Below the pieces are notes generated by a model. That model had not been told where the DNA came from and did no database searches. It saw nothing but the letters and a program-made list of their open reading frames with translations. A stretch of DNA of 64,000 nt from Bernardetia sp. OM2101. Lineage in GTDB: Bacteria > Bacteroidota > Bacteroidia > Cytophagales > Bernardetiaceae. Position numbers and translations under genes: made by a program. This document shows positions 9,937 to 19,445 of this stretch, in pieces; the first letter of the stretch is position 1; each line of letters opens with the position of its first letter. The stretch is from positions 1,848,604-1,912,603 of the forward strand of contig NZ_CP170094.1 in assembly GCF_042180575.1 (NCBI RefSeq), in the 5' to 3' direction.

Positions 9937-10431
9937 TTATTTCTCATTGTTTTGATTCTGCCTATTCCAAATTCGTATTAAATTCTCTATATTTTTTTCA
10001 GTTAGGGTCTGTGTTCTAATCAAAGTTCTTATGCCATGAACCATAACCATAGATGCTTTACCTGTTTCAATAAAATACTTTAGTTCTAATTCACTTTTTA
10101 ACTTAACCAATCCAAATGTAAACCCAACGTCTCCATAACCTTTGAAATTTCCATAGCTTTCATCTGAGGCTTCATTCATATTACCTATTTTCTCATTTCC
10201 GTTTTCTTTCGTGATTAGTCTTTGAGTAGTTAGGATGCTGTAATTTTTTTCATTTATAATAGTTGAGCAAATAATTAGCTCTCCTTCCTTTCGTTGCAGT
10301 TGAATTTTATTATGAGAAAATTCTGAATTGCTAGAATAAAACTTAGTCCATTTGAAATCATAAGGTTTCATAGTGTTTTTTTTAATTGCAGCAATACAGA
10401 TGGCATGTTTAGATTTATCACTTTTGCTCAT
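9937..10431 (-). CDS. Hypothetical protein
   Basis: 164 aa ORF, 46 bp downstream of the lipoprotein gene on the same strand and probably co-transcribed with it. Confidence 0.45.
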   Translation of the reverse strand: MSKSDKSKHAICIAAIKKNTMKPYDFKWTKFYSSNSEFSHNKIQLQRKEGELIICSTIINEKNYSILTTQRLITKENGNEKIGNMNEASDESYGNFKGYGDVGFTFGLVKLKSELELKYFIETGKASMVMVHGIRTLIRTQTLTEKNIENLIRIWNRQNQNNEK

Positions 10432-10477
10432 ATATTTTCAAAATTATTTGAGTTGATTAGAAAACTTAAAAATAGAT

Positions 10478-11266
10478 TCAATCAATACCATAGTTTACAC
10501 GCAAGGCATCACTCCCTCTTAATTCTTCTCTGACATCAATTACGATACCCATATCCAATGAGGTATCCCCTGAAATTTGTACTATGATATATTTTTTTTC
10601 TTTATCAGGAATTTTATCTGTTAGTATTTTTACTTCTTTTCTAAGAGAATCTAAAGTAGTTGTCTTACCATTAAGAACAATATTATGGTCTAAATCTATA
10701 TAAATTTTGATAAGGAATTTTTCTTGTTTCATAATGCTAAAACTAGAAACCATATTCAATATAGAAATACGATAATAAGGTTCTTCAAAGTCTTTTTCAG
10801 AAAATAAACGTCCAACTCGCTTATTGGCATCTATAATTTCATCTGTTGTCATAGTTTCTTGATTTTTAATTACAGAATCCATAAGCAGACCAGCTTCATA
10901 AAATCTATCATTTACAATGGAATCTAGTCCTGTTATATTCTTCTCTACACACTTTTTCCGAAATCCCATAAGTCTTTTATCTAATGCTGTATTATATGGA
11001 ATACTGTCATTTATTTGAGTACTCATTAAGTCTTTATATAGTACAAGATAACTTTTGGCTGAACTATCCTGTAAATGTTTGCTTTCTATAAGTATTTGTT
11101 CGTATTTCTTTGCTTCGCTTTGTAAATCTATGTCTATACTATCATATTTTTCTGTTATACAATCAATGATTAATCTTTCGTTTTTATAATTGATTTTATC
11201 TTGAGCCAAACAAGAAGAACATAATTGCAGAAAAAGTATAATAAAAATATATGATACTGGTTTCAT
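10478..11266 (-). CDS. Hypothetical lipoprotein
   Basis: 262 aa with a signal peptide and lipobox (IILFLQLCSSCLAQ). Confidence 0.55.
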   Translation of the reverse strand: MKPVSYIFIILFLQLCSSCLAQDKINYKNERLIIDCITEKYDSIDIDLQSEAKKYEQILIESKHLQDSSAKSYLVLYKDLMSTQINDSIPYNTALDKRLMGFRKKCVEKNITGLDSIVNDRFYEAGLLMDSVIKNQETMTTDEIIDANKRVGRLFSEKDFEEPYYRISILNMVSSFSIMKQEKFLIKIYIDLDHNIVLNGKTTTLDSLRKEVKILTDKIPDKEKKYIIVQISGDTSLDMGIVIDVREELRGSDALRVNYGID

Positions 11267-11310
11267 TTTTTAAATTTTATTTGTTTTTTTAATCTTCGAA
11301 AGTCTTAACA

Positions 11311-11348
11311 AATTTACTGAAAATAATAGCATAAACTAAAAATTTTTG
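11311..11348 (-). promoter_or_regulatory. Conserved promoter-associated motif, copy 2, upstream of the 10478-11266 gene
   Basis: AAATTTACTGAAAATAATAGCATAAACTAAAAATTTTTGGGTTTT on the plus strand. The minus strand contains TAAATTTG. Confidence 0.5.
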
Positions 11349-11444
11349 GGTTTTAATTTGTTAGTTTATAAAAGTATGGGTTTACTACAAAAAAGAATTT
11401 GAATTATGTTAGACTGAAAACAATAAAGAAGAACAGGAGTTTTT

Positions 11445-12605
11445 TTACCTTTCCATCTTTTGCAAAAACCAATGCTTTTTACTTTTCTGACCATTTTTAT
11501 AAATGAGATTATATTTCTTTTGGTCATTTAAAAATGTCAGAGGAATACCAATACTCAAACCAAGCAAGCCCCCACCAGCAAATTTATAATACCTGTCTTG
11601 ATTAAAATTTCCATTTTTGTAATTTATACTTATTAAGGGTGCAACGACTAAAGTAGTTATTAAAGAAACTCCACTTATAAATTGCCCCGTTGCACCTAGA
11701 GTTTCTCGTGAAGAGGAATTAGTGGAAAGAAAATTTATTTTACGAAGATTAATAGTCGATATTTTTATCGAATCCTTCATACCAAGATAATAGCCACACG
11801 TATAACAATCATTGTTTTTGGTAACCTTCCCAAATTTATTAGCAATCATCAAGTATTCACTCCTTGTTTGAAATTTGAGTGTAGAATCTGATAGGTCAGT
11901 AATAAAACCTGTAAACTGCATTTGAACTTCTAGTATTGAAGAATCATTTGAAAGAGTATCATAATCTATTGTATTGAAATAATTAGTTGCTGCTACTCTG
12001 ATTTTTTTTGTCGTATCTAAAGAATTGACTAGATAAAACTTCTGTTGAGGTTCTTCTTTAGTTTCTTTATCATCATAATTTTCAGTTTTGAGAACATTCC
12101 CTTTATCATCAAAATATGTCCAAGTTCCTATTCTGTTAATATTTACAGGGTTTTTGTAGGATTTTTTTCCTCTATGAAGGGTTTTATAGTTTGAGTGATT
12201 TTTTTCAAATGTATATTTTTCTGTTCGCTCTAACTCTCCATTCGAATAGTAGGTTTTGAACCAGCCCACTATTTGACTAAAAGCCCATTTGTCTTTTTCA
12301 TAGATTTCTACATAATAAACACCTTCTTTGACTACATTTTTATTTTCATCGTACCATTCAATAATACAAGGTTTACAATTTGATAATGATTTTGAAAAAT
12401 TCTTGTAGTATGCTTTACTTACGTAACTTTCCTCTATCGAATAACCATCTTTTTTTACTTGTTGTGTTAGTGAATCTTTCTGAAAGAAAGTCATTTTTAC
12501 TGTTTTTAAATTATCATACTCTTCTATATTTGTTTGTCCTTCCACAACTGTAGAACTCAAAAATAACACTAAAAAAAGAAGTATAGATACGTTTAAATTT
12601 TTCAT
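11445..12605 (-). CDS. Hypothetical exported protein with MORN/YwqK-like repeats and C-terminal hydrophobic segments
   Basis: 386 aa with a signal peptide (ILLFLVLFLSSTVVEG). It has repeats of the form YYSNGELERTEKY and GTWTYFDDKGNVLKTENY. Confidence 0.5.
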   Translation of the reverse strand: MKNLNVSILLFLVLFLSSTVVEGQTNIEEYDNLKTVKMTFFQKDSLTQQVKKDGYSIEESYVSKAYYKNFSKSLSNCKPCIIEWYDENKNVVKEGVYYVEIYEKDKWAFSQIVGWFKTYYSNGELERTEKYTFEKNHSNYKTLHRGKKSYKNPVNINRIGTWTYFDDKGNVLKTENYDDKETKEEPQQKFYLVNSLDTTKKIRVAATNYFNTIDYDTLSNDSSILEVQMQFTGFITDLSDSTLKFQTRSEYLMIANKFGKVTKNNDCYTCGYYLGMKDSIKISTINLRKINFLSTNSSSRETLGATGQFISGVSLITTLVVAPLISINYKNGNFNQDRYYKFAGGGLLGLSIGIPLTFLNDQKKYNLIYKNGQKSKKHWFLQKMER

Positions 12606-12654
12606 AAGAAATATAAATAAAATTTTGAGAAATAAATCTTTATCTATAAAATTA

Positions 12655-12690
12655 ATAGCAGAAACTAAAAATTTTTGGGTTTCTATGCGT
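12655..12690 (-). promoter_or_regulatory. Conserved promoter-associated motif, copy 3, upstream of the 11445-12605 gene
   Basis: AATTAATAGCAGAAACTAAAAATTTTTGGGTTTCT shares the AATAATAGCAtAAACTAAAAATTTTTGGGTTT core with copies 1 and 2. Confidence 0.45.
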
Positions 12691-12798
12691 TGTTATTGGT
12701 CTTCCAGAAGTAAAAAAGAAGTATTTGGTTTTAGTGTTTTTGAAAAATAGGAAAACTAATAATAACGCACATTTTCACAAAAAAAGCTATTTCGCAGC

Positions 12799-13458
12799 TC
12801 AATCTTCAAATTCAAAACGCAAATAATTGATTTTTAGACCTTGTTTTTGCGCTCTGTTTTCATAACGTGTACGTATGCCGTGGTGTTCAGGGTAAAGAGG
12901 CGAGTTGTGCAAATCTCTAGTTACAAACAGATTTTTGATTTTATACTTTGATAATTCTTCCAACGTATAATCATAAAGAGGATCATCATCAGTTTTGATA
13001 TGAACTGTTCCTCCTTTTTTTAAGATTTTTTGATACATATCCAAAAAACGAGAGTTGGTAAGACGACGTTTTCTATCTCTTTTTCTCGGACGTGGGTCTG
13101 GATGAATAACCCAAATTTCACTCACTTCATTTTCCTCAAAAAACTCATCTAACTTTTGTATTTCTGCACGCAAAAAAGCGACATTAAAAGATTCATTATT
13201 TAAAGCATCTGTACTTCCTCGCCATAGTCTATCCCCTTTTACATCTACACCTACAAAATTTTTGTTGGGATAGACTTTTCCTAATCCGACACTATACTCG
13301 CCATATCCACAAGCAAGTTCTAAAACAATAGGTTGTGAAGATGGAAAATGAGTTTTGTTCCAGTTTCCCTTTAAATTTTTATAGGCTTCATCTTCAATTT
13401 GCAATACATTATAACGTTCTAAATTTTCTTCAAAACGCATCATTTTTTTTCTAGCCAT
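12799..13458 (-). CDS. trmB: tRNA (guanine-N7)-methyltransferase
   Basis: 219 aa with a SAM-binding motif (LELACGYGEYSVGLG...VGVDVKGDRL). The length is typical of TrmB. Confidence 0.88.
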   Translation of the reverse strand: MARKKMMRFEENLERYNVLQIEDEAYKNLKGNWNKTHFPSSQPIVLELACGYGEYSVGLGKVYPNKNFVGVDVKGDRLWRGSTDALNNESFNVAFLRAEIQKLDEFFEENEVSEIWVIHPDPRPRKRDRKRRLTNSRFLDMYQKILKKGGTVHIKTDDDPLYDYTLEELSKYKIKNLFVTRDLHNSPLYPEHHGIRTRYENRAQKQGLKINYLRFEFED

Positions 13459-13629
13459 CTTTTCGTGTATTTTAAACGTATATCTAAATACTAATTTTTG
13501 AAAGACCTTAATCTTTTAAATATTCTTATTTTTGTGATTCAATTATAATTTGAGTACAAATATATTTCATTCTATCTTATCTTGCTTCATTGTAAGCCAT
13601 AATTCTATTAATTTAAAGCCTTTTTTGAA

Positions 13630-14178
13630 ATGAATACAGCAAATCCATCAGATAATCTAAACAATCATAACACAGAACAAACACTTTGGAATGGATCTCC
13701 TTCGTGGCTTTTACATCTTGGCAATGTTATTTTTTGGGCAATTTCAGGAGTTGTTCTTCCTTCTTTGATTATTTATTTATGGACAAAAGGAATCGAAAAT
13801 CCAAAATTAGATACTTTCTTTTGGGTGGTTTTGCTTGCCAGTATTATTATTCCTTTTTCAATCGTTTTTCTAAAAATAGTTGATACTCGTTTCATTAACT
13901 ATACTCTCACAAGCGAACGACTTATCATAAAAAAAGGAATTTTGACACGCACAACCGACGAAATAGAACTATACAGAGTAAAAGATATTCGTTTGGTAGA
14001 ACCTTTTTTGCAGCGATTGGTCGGACTCTCAGTACTTGAAATTACATCATCTGACAGAAGCAATCCTAACCTTTCTTTAGCAGGAATAAAAAAGGGCGAT
14101 GAGCTAAGAAACAATATGAGAAATCAAGTAGAACGATTAAGAACAAACAAAAATGTGAGAGAAGTGGATTTTGAATAG
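13630..14178 (+). CDS. Membrane protein with a bacterial PH domain (YdbS/bPH_2-like)
   Basis: 182 aa with two TM helices followed by the motif TSERLIIKKGILTRTTDEIELYRVKDIRLVEPFLQRLVGL. Confidence 0.7.
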   Translation: MNTANPSDNLNNHNTEQTLWNGSPSWLLHLGNVIFWAISGVVLPSLIIYLWTKGIENPKLDTFFWVVLLASIIIPFSIVFLKIVDTRFINYTLTSERLIIKKGILTRTTDEIELYRVKDIRLVEPFLQRLVGLSVLEITSSDRSNPNLSLAGIKKGDELRNNMRNQVERLRTNKNVREVDFE

Positions 14179-14370
14179 ATTTTGGTGGTAAAAAACACAC
14201 TTCAAACGAGAGTTTAAAATTATAAACCAACGAATCTCAACTGTCAATTATCCAGTTCATACTCTAAAAACATACTAACTATGAACAGAGATTAATTCAG
14301 AAGGGAAAAATTATTTATTTGAAATTGAAGGAGTAGATATTTTTTACTAGAAGTATTTTTATTGAGAAAA

Positions 14371-14682
14371 AGAATTGGTTATCTGACAGTTTTTGTGGAG
14401 CGTGTAACAATGAGTAGTTAAATTACAACTCATTAATAGACTTATTTGCCTTTCTGTTCCATAGGAACTTGATATTTATTGGTAGCAAAGTTAAGAAGCT
14501 AGAAACTGTATTCTGTTCCGTTAGGAACTACACATTGGTAGCATTTAGAATAGGTAGTAAAAAATGCTATACAACTCCTACGGAGTAGATGAGTTTTAAC
14601 GTTTCTATTTTTCTACCAATATAAAACTCCTAACGGAGTAAAAATCAAAATTTTACAAAAATTGTCAGATAACCAAAGAATT
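14371..14682. mobile_element. MITE-like element with 20-bp terminal inverted repeats (GGTTATCTGACAGTTTTTGT) enclosing a roughly 200-bp core of paired hairpins; copy 1
   Basis: 14373-14397 and the reverse complement of 14655-14680 match at 19 of 20 positions. The core 14456-14652 (GTTCCrTAGGAAC...ACTCCTAACGGAGT) is about 80% identical to 18853-19043. Confidence 0.6.
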
Positions 14683-14744
14683 TGACTCTGTTCATTTTTT
14701 TTTGCGTTACAACTTATTTGAAACTCATTTTTATCAAAAAATAT

Positions 14745-15671
14745 ATGGATAACTTCAATCAAAAATTCAAGCAACTTTTTTTTGGAATAAGGAAAAACAT
14801 AGCAGAAGAAATTTATTTATGTGCAACAGAAAATCAAAATTCTTTTCATTATGCAATGCTTTGTGCTTTTTTTGATGATAAAATAGGTACAATAAATAAT
14901 AGTAAATTGAGAAAAACACTCAAAGAAGAGTTTATGAACTCCTCATTTTATATTCTCAATTATGATGCACCTTACAAAGGAGGTTATCCAATTCATAAAG
15001 GAATAAAAACTATATTTTCTTCGAATGATGATTTCAAAGGCTTCTTAGAAGAATTAATGAGTAATTATTGGACACAAAAAGAATTTGACTTTGATTCAAT
15101 AGAGTTATTTGAAGATAGAGAACCAAAAAACATAAGAGAAAGAACTTTACATAATCCCCTTCAAACTCCTGCCTCAAATGGAGTTGTTATCCAAAAGCAT
15201 TATTTTTTCAATGTCAAAAATGTAATTGTTTTTTATGAAAAACTTATAAAATCATTCTTTCCAGATTACTCAAAAAATAAATCTTTATCAAAAAAAGGAA
15301 TTCTTAGATACACTAAAGATATTGGAAATCAAATGAGTATTGCTTTATACATTGATACAAATTATATACAGACAGAGCTAAAAAATATGTATTTAGAATT
15401 ACCTCGTATAGAAATTGAAATTCTTTCAAATTCTTTCCATACATTTTTGAAACAAGAAAATTACCTAATAGAACAAGATGAATACCCAATTTATAGAATA
15501 GGCTTTAATTATTTTTTGGGTCAAAATCCTCATCTGTTTAGAATAGGAAATTCTAGTGAAGACAAAGGAATTTTATTTAAAAAATCTATATTTTTCTTTG
15601 AACAGTATTCATTCTTTATAAAAAGATATGCTGAAATAATAGAGAAAAATTTAGCCAAATCTATTCTGTAA
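14745..15671 (+). CDS. Hypothetical protein
   Basis: The ORF track gives 14682-15671. The likely start is the ATG at 14745 (MDNFNQKFKQ...), because the upstream part of the ORF lies inside the MITE terminal repeat. Confidence 0.5.
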   Translation: MDNFNQKFKQLFFGIRKNIAEEIYLCATENQNSFHYAMLCAFFDDKIGTINNSKLRKTLKEEFMNSSFYILNYDAPYKGGYPIHKGIKTIFSSNDDFKGFLEELMSNYWTQKEFDFDSIELFEDREPKNIRERTLHNPLQTPASNGVVIQKHYFFNVKNVIVFYEKLIKSFFPDYSKNKSLSKKGILRYTKDIGNQMSIALYIDTNYIQTELKNMYLELPRIEIEILSNSFHTFLKQENYLIEQDEYPIYRIGFNYFLGQNPHLFRIGNSSEDKGILFKKSIFFFEQYSFFIKRYAEIIEKNLAKSIL

Positions 15672-15780
15672 TAAATACCTATTTTTTTGGTATTCAAAAT
15701 TATTATATAAATAAAAAAAACTCCTCAAAAGAACCATAAAGCATTCTTTTGAGGAGTTTTGATTACTAACAAATTCTATT

Positions 15781-17367
15781 TTAATTTGCCGAAGCAGTCA
15801 AAGCATTTTGCAAATTAATTTTTCCCCAACCGAAGTTTGAATTACGATTTGGATAATAACTTGCCGAAACTTTGAGTTTATTAAGCACTTGATTTCTTGT
15901 AAGGCTTGGATTTGAAGACCAAACTAAAGTTGCCATTCCAGCCGTTTGAGCAGTTGCAACAGATGAGCCTCCAACTGTTGCAGGAACATCACCCGACATA
16001 GCAAGTGTAAGAGGATGACGACCATTTGATGCTTTTTCCATTACCACTACAAAATCAACTTTCGAACCGTCATGACATGCATCACAACGTTGCATATTGT
16101 CTTTTACACCTGTTACAGCTACTGTTTCATTCATTGTAGCAGGAAAAATAACACCAAACCAACCCGAAGACCAGCCAAATGAAGTTCCAGCAGCACAGAA
16201 AATCAAAACATTTCTATTGTAGGCATAACGAACAGCATCAGCAATTTGAGAACTATTTGTAATTCTTCCCAAAGACATACTCGTAACACGAATATCTGAA
16301 CGATTACCAGCAATTACATACGCATCAGAAACACCTTTTGATTCTCTAGAACCTTCAATAAGTACATCTTCTGCTGCACGAACTGTAACCAAATTAGCAT
16401 TGTAAGCAATTCCTGTTGCACTTCCATCTGTACCACGAGAACCACCCAAAACTCCTGTCATAGCCGTTCCGTGTCCACAGTCATCATCTGGAGTTTCAGG
16501 ACTTCCAATCGGAATTCCCCAAAAAGTATCACGAGGAAGTGTTACTAATTTTTCTATTGTTCTACCTTGTGAAAGTCCTTGATTAAGTCCACTTCCATAA
16601 TTATTTTGTGCAAAGCTAGAGCCTGTATCAATAATCATTGCTGTTATTCCACTTCCAGAAGCCGTATTCCAAGCCTGTGAAACATTATGAAAATTGTGAT
16701 TCCAAGAACCTTTTGAATTTGGAGCTAAGGTGGTGTAATCTACTCCGTTTATAAGTCCATTTTCAGGATTACTTCCACTACAACCACTACTAGAAAGTTC
16801 TTTATTAAACTGCTGACCTTTGCTTACATTTGGTTCATAACCCATTGGTTCAGCATAACGAACAAAATCAGATTTACGAAGGAGAGTTAATGTCGTTGGA
16901 TTTTTGATAACTACATCTAAAACAGGAAGTGTATTTTCTTCAAAAGCAATTAATTCTTCACGCTTCAAATCTGGATTTAATTTTCTTTCTGATTCAAAAA
17001 TCATATCCAAAACGTAATTTTTAGCATCATTCCATTCACCTTGATTAATATCTATTTTATCAATAATAGTACGAATATCTTTATTTTGACTTTTGGGTTT
17101 AAAACCAACTGCCAAAACACCATCTGACTTGGAAAGCGCATTCCAAATAATTTGTTCTGATTGTTTGTTCCAATCAAAAGAACCTTCTTTTTTGACAGTT
17201 TCCCAGATTATGTTATCTAAATCAGAACGATCAATAGCAGCATGCTCAATAGCTTGTTCTGTAATAATTTCAGATTCTTGCTGACAAGAAAACATCATAA
17301 AAGCTGCAATAGCCAAAGGAGAATAGCGTCGAACAATCGACTTTGAATTGAAAAAATAAGTTTTCAT
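15781..17367 (-). CDS. S8 family serine peptidase (subtilisin-like), secreted
   Basis: 528 aa with a signal peptide. The catalytic motifs are DTGSS (Asp), HGTAMTGVLGG (His) and GGSSVATAQTAGMA (Ser). Confidence 0.85.
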   Translation of the reverse strand: MKTYFFNSKSIVRRYSPLAIAAFMMFSCQQESEIITEQAIEHAAIDRSDLDNIIWETVKKEGSFDWNKQSEQIIWNALSKSDGVLAVGFKPKSQNKDIRTIIDKIDINQGEWNDAKNYVLDMIFESERKLNPDLKREELIAFEENTLPVLDVVIKNPTTLTLLRKSDFVRYAEPMGYEPNVSKGQQFNKELSSSGCSGSNPENGLINGVDYTTLAPNSKGSWNHNFHNVSQAWNTASGSGITAMIIDTGSSFAQNNYGSGLNQGLSQGRTIEKLVTLPRDTFWGIPIGSPETPDDDCGHGTAMTGVLGGSRGTDGSATGIAYNANLVTVRAAEDVLIEGSRESKGVSDAYVIAGNRSDIRVTSMSLGRITNSSQIADAVRYAYNRNVLIFCAAGTSFGWSSGWFGVIFPATMNETVAVTGVKDNMQRCDACHDGSKVDFVVVMEKASNGRHPLTLAMSGDVPATVGGSSVATAQTAGMATLVWSSNPSLTRNQVLNKLKVSASYYPNRNSNFGWGKINLQNALTASAN

Positions 17368-17602
17368 TTTGTAAAGAGTATTTATATTTGTGTGTTAAGT
17401 CAAAAAAAGTTAATTGACTAATTCTAAGGGCAAATATAAAAATATATTTTAAAAAAAGTGATGCAAGCCGAATATTTTTTCAAAAAAAATTAATTTATCC
17501 AAATTTAATACACCTTTAACAACTTATTCATTCTTAGTTTTATGCAAAAAAAAGAACTTGAGTTTTCAAATTCTTTTTGAGGTGTAATTTTTATTACTTC
17601 TA

Positions 17603-18757
17603 TCAAATCACCAACAAATTACACCCTCTGACATCAGAATAATCAAAACGCCCCAAGACTTGAAACTCTCCCTTTGCATTTATCTTTCCTAAATCCTGTG
17701 TTTCGATAAAGGCACAGCTTTCTACATTTGCCAAATCAATGACATTGATTGCACCACTTTGAATTTGATGATTACTTATACTATTATTCATACTTTCTAT
17801 CTTTTTCAAGTCAAAAGGGTCGTTGGTATCACGAATAATTATTTTGAGACAAGAAGGCGTTTGAAACCAAATTTCTGTGTTTTCATTATTATTTTTCAAA
17901 TTATTTTGGTTTGTATTTTTGAGTGCATAACCTTGAGATAAAAGCTCTGTCATTCCATATTCTGAATCAATCGCCGAGACTCCAAACGCTTTTTTTAAAA
18001 CAGAATGTACTTCTTCTCTTACCATTTCTTTTTTTCGTCCTTTCATTCCTCCTGTTTCCATCACAATTATTTCATTTTTTATAGTGTTTTCTTCAAATTG
18101 TTGTGTCTTTGGTAGGCTATAATTTGGGTAATTTTCTGTCAAAAAATCAGCAAAATCTAAAAGCGCAAATGTTACTCCTAGTAATAAAACTGGTTTTTTA
18201 GGATTCTTTAAAGCAGCTTTTTCTAATTCATTTTTAAGTTTTTCATAATCATAGAGAAAATAATTTGAGTTTGATTGAGCATTCTTCAAAAAATAATCTA
18301 CCATATAAATCAAGGAAGAACCATCACGTTCCAAATAAGAAGGCAAGAGCGCAAAAATCTGAAAATCATTTAATTTTCCATATTCCTTATACAATTCTTC
18401 AAAAATAAATTGACTTGATTTTTCATAAAAATGCAAATCCGAAATAGCATGTTTGCTTCTATTTGTTTGGTCGCTCGTTCCACTACTTGTAAAAATTTGA
18501 TTTGTCTTTACGCCTTCTATTTGCACATTATGTGACTTAAAAAATCGAATAGGTAAAAATGGAATATCATAAATAGACTTTATAGAATTTGCCTTTAATG
18601 AGTCAATATTCAACTTTTCTAAATACTGCTTATAAACAGGATTATATTTTGATTGGAAATAAAATAATTCTAAAGTCTTTTTTTCGAATGCTTCAAAATC
18701 ATTTTTTGGAATAGAGAAGATACTCTCTTTATAATTTTTGATAAAATTTTCGTGCAT
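17603..18757 (-). CDS. LuxE/PaaK-family acyl-protein synthetase-like adenylate-forming enzyme
   Basis: 384 aa containing FTSSGTSDQTNRSKHAISD, which resembles the acyl-adenylate motif of the LuxE/F390-synthetase family. Confidence 0.55.
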   Translation of the reverse strand: MHENFIKNYKESIFSIPKNDFEAFEKKTLELFYFQSKYNPVYKQYLEKLNIDSLKANSIKSIYDIPFLPIRFFKSHNVQIEGVKTNQIFTSSGTSDQTNRSKHAISDLHFYEKSSQFIFEELYKEYGKLNDFQIFALLPSYLERDGSSLIYMVDYFLKNAQSNSNYFLYDYEKLKNELEKAALKNPKKPVLLLGVTFALLDFADFLTENYPNYSLPKTQQFEENTIKNEIIVMETGGMKGRKKEMVREEVHSVLKKAFGVSAIDSEYGMTELLSQGYALKNTNQNNLKNNNENTEIWFQTPSCLKIIIRDTNDPFDLKKIESMNNSISNHQIQSGAINVIDLANVESCAFIETQDLGKINAKGEFQVLGRFDYSDVRGCNLLVI

Positions 18758-18773
18758 ACTTTTTTTTAAAAGG

Positions 18774-19140
18774 TCGCTCGTGAGGACACCATAGCCGTAA
18801 GGTTAAAAATTATTTAACTTTTTAGCTTCACTGCTTTCGTTACACTTCAAGTGTTCCGTAGGAACTTTATATTGGTAGTAAATAAAAGAAAAAATTGTAT
18901 TCTGTTCCGTTAGGAACTACATATTGATAGTATTTTCAATATAAAATGCAACCAATATACAACTCCTACAGAGTAAATGAATTTTATTTTTTCTGTTTTT
19001 ATCTATCCAATATGGAACTCCTAAAGGAGTAAAAAACAAAATTCCTCAATAGCCTCACGGCTATGGTAAGGACACGAGCAACGGTCAGTTTTGCTATCTT
19101 GTGAATAACCCATCCATTGCTTGTGTCCCCACAAGCGATA
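18774..19140. repeat. Nested palindromic repeats: the hairpin GTCGCTCGTGAGGACACGAGCAACGG is split by an inserted element with terminal inverted repeats ACCATAGCCGT/ACGGCTATGGT. That insert in turn carries MITE core copy 2 (18853-19043). An additional GCTTGTGTCCCCACAAGC hairpin sits at 19114-19140.
   Basis: The left half at 18774-18803 and the right half at 19053-19088 rejoin to match the intact hairpin at 51845-51872. The core matches 14456-14652. Confidence 0.7.
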
Positions 19141-19346
19141 TATATATTACAAAACTAAAAACATTCTTTTTCGTTAAGAAAGGAATACTATTTTTGATAA
19201 ACTTTCAATAACTTTTATGAAAGTGATTTAAAAGTAGCTAAAACAAGTATAAAAATGAAATAACAATTTTTATTCTCATAAAAAATTACGATACTTGTTA
19301 GATTAAGATTTAACTGATAAATTCAAAATCTATATAAGTTAAAAAT

Positions 19347-19429
19347 CGTCGGTGGGGACACCGACAATGGCGAGGAGAGTATTACTAAGTCGCTGTTTTT
19401 TCCGTTGTCGGTGTCCCCACTGACGACAA
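19347..19429. repeat. Inverted pair of GTCGGTG-GGGA-CACCGAC type REP-like hairpins immediately upstream of hslU
   Basis: TCGTCGGTGGGGACACCGACAATGG ... CCGTTGTCGGTGTCCCCACTGACGACAA. This is the same family as the elements at 51514, 51933, 52169 and 30734. Confidence 0.7.
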
Positions 19430-19445
19430 AATTGAAAATAAATTT

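Noticed and set aside
14450-14660. Array of short hairpins (GTTCC-GTA-GGAAC, ACTCC-TAAC-GGAGT) considered as a possible CRISPR array
   Set aside because: The repeats are short hairpins in inverted orientation with variable spacing and sit inside an element with terminal inverted repeats. There are no constant-length direct repeats, no uniform spacers and no cas genes, so this is a MITE-like element and not CRISPR.
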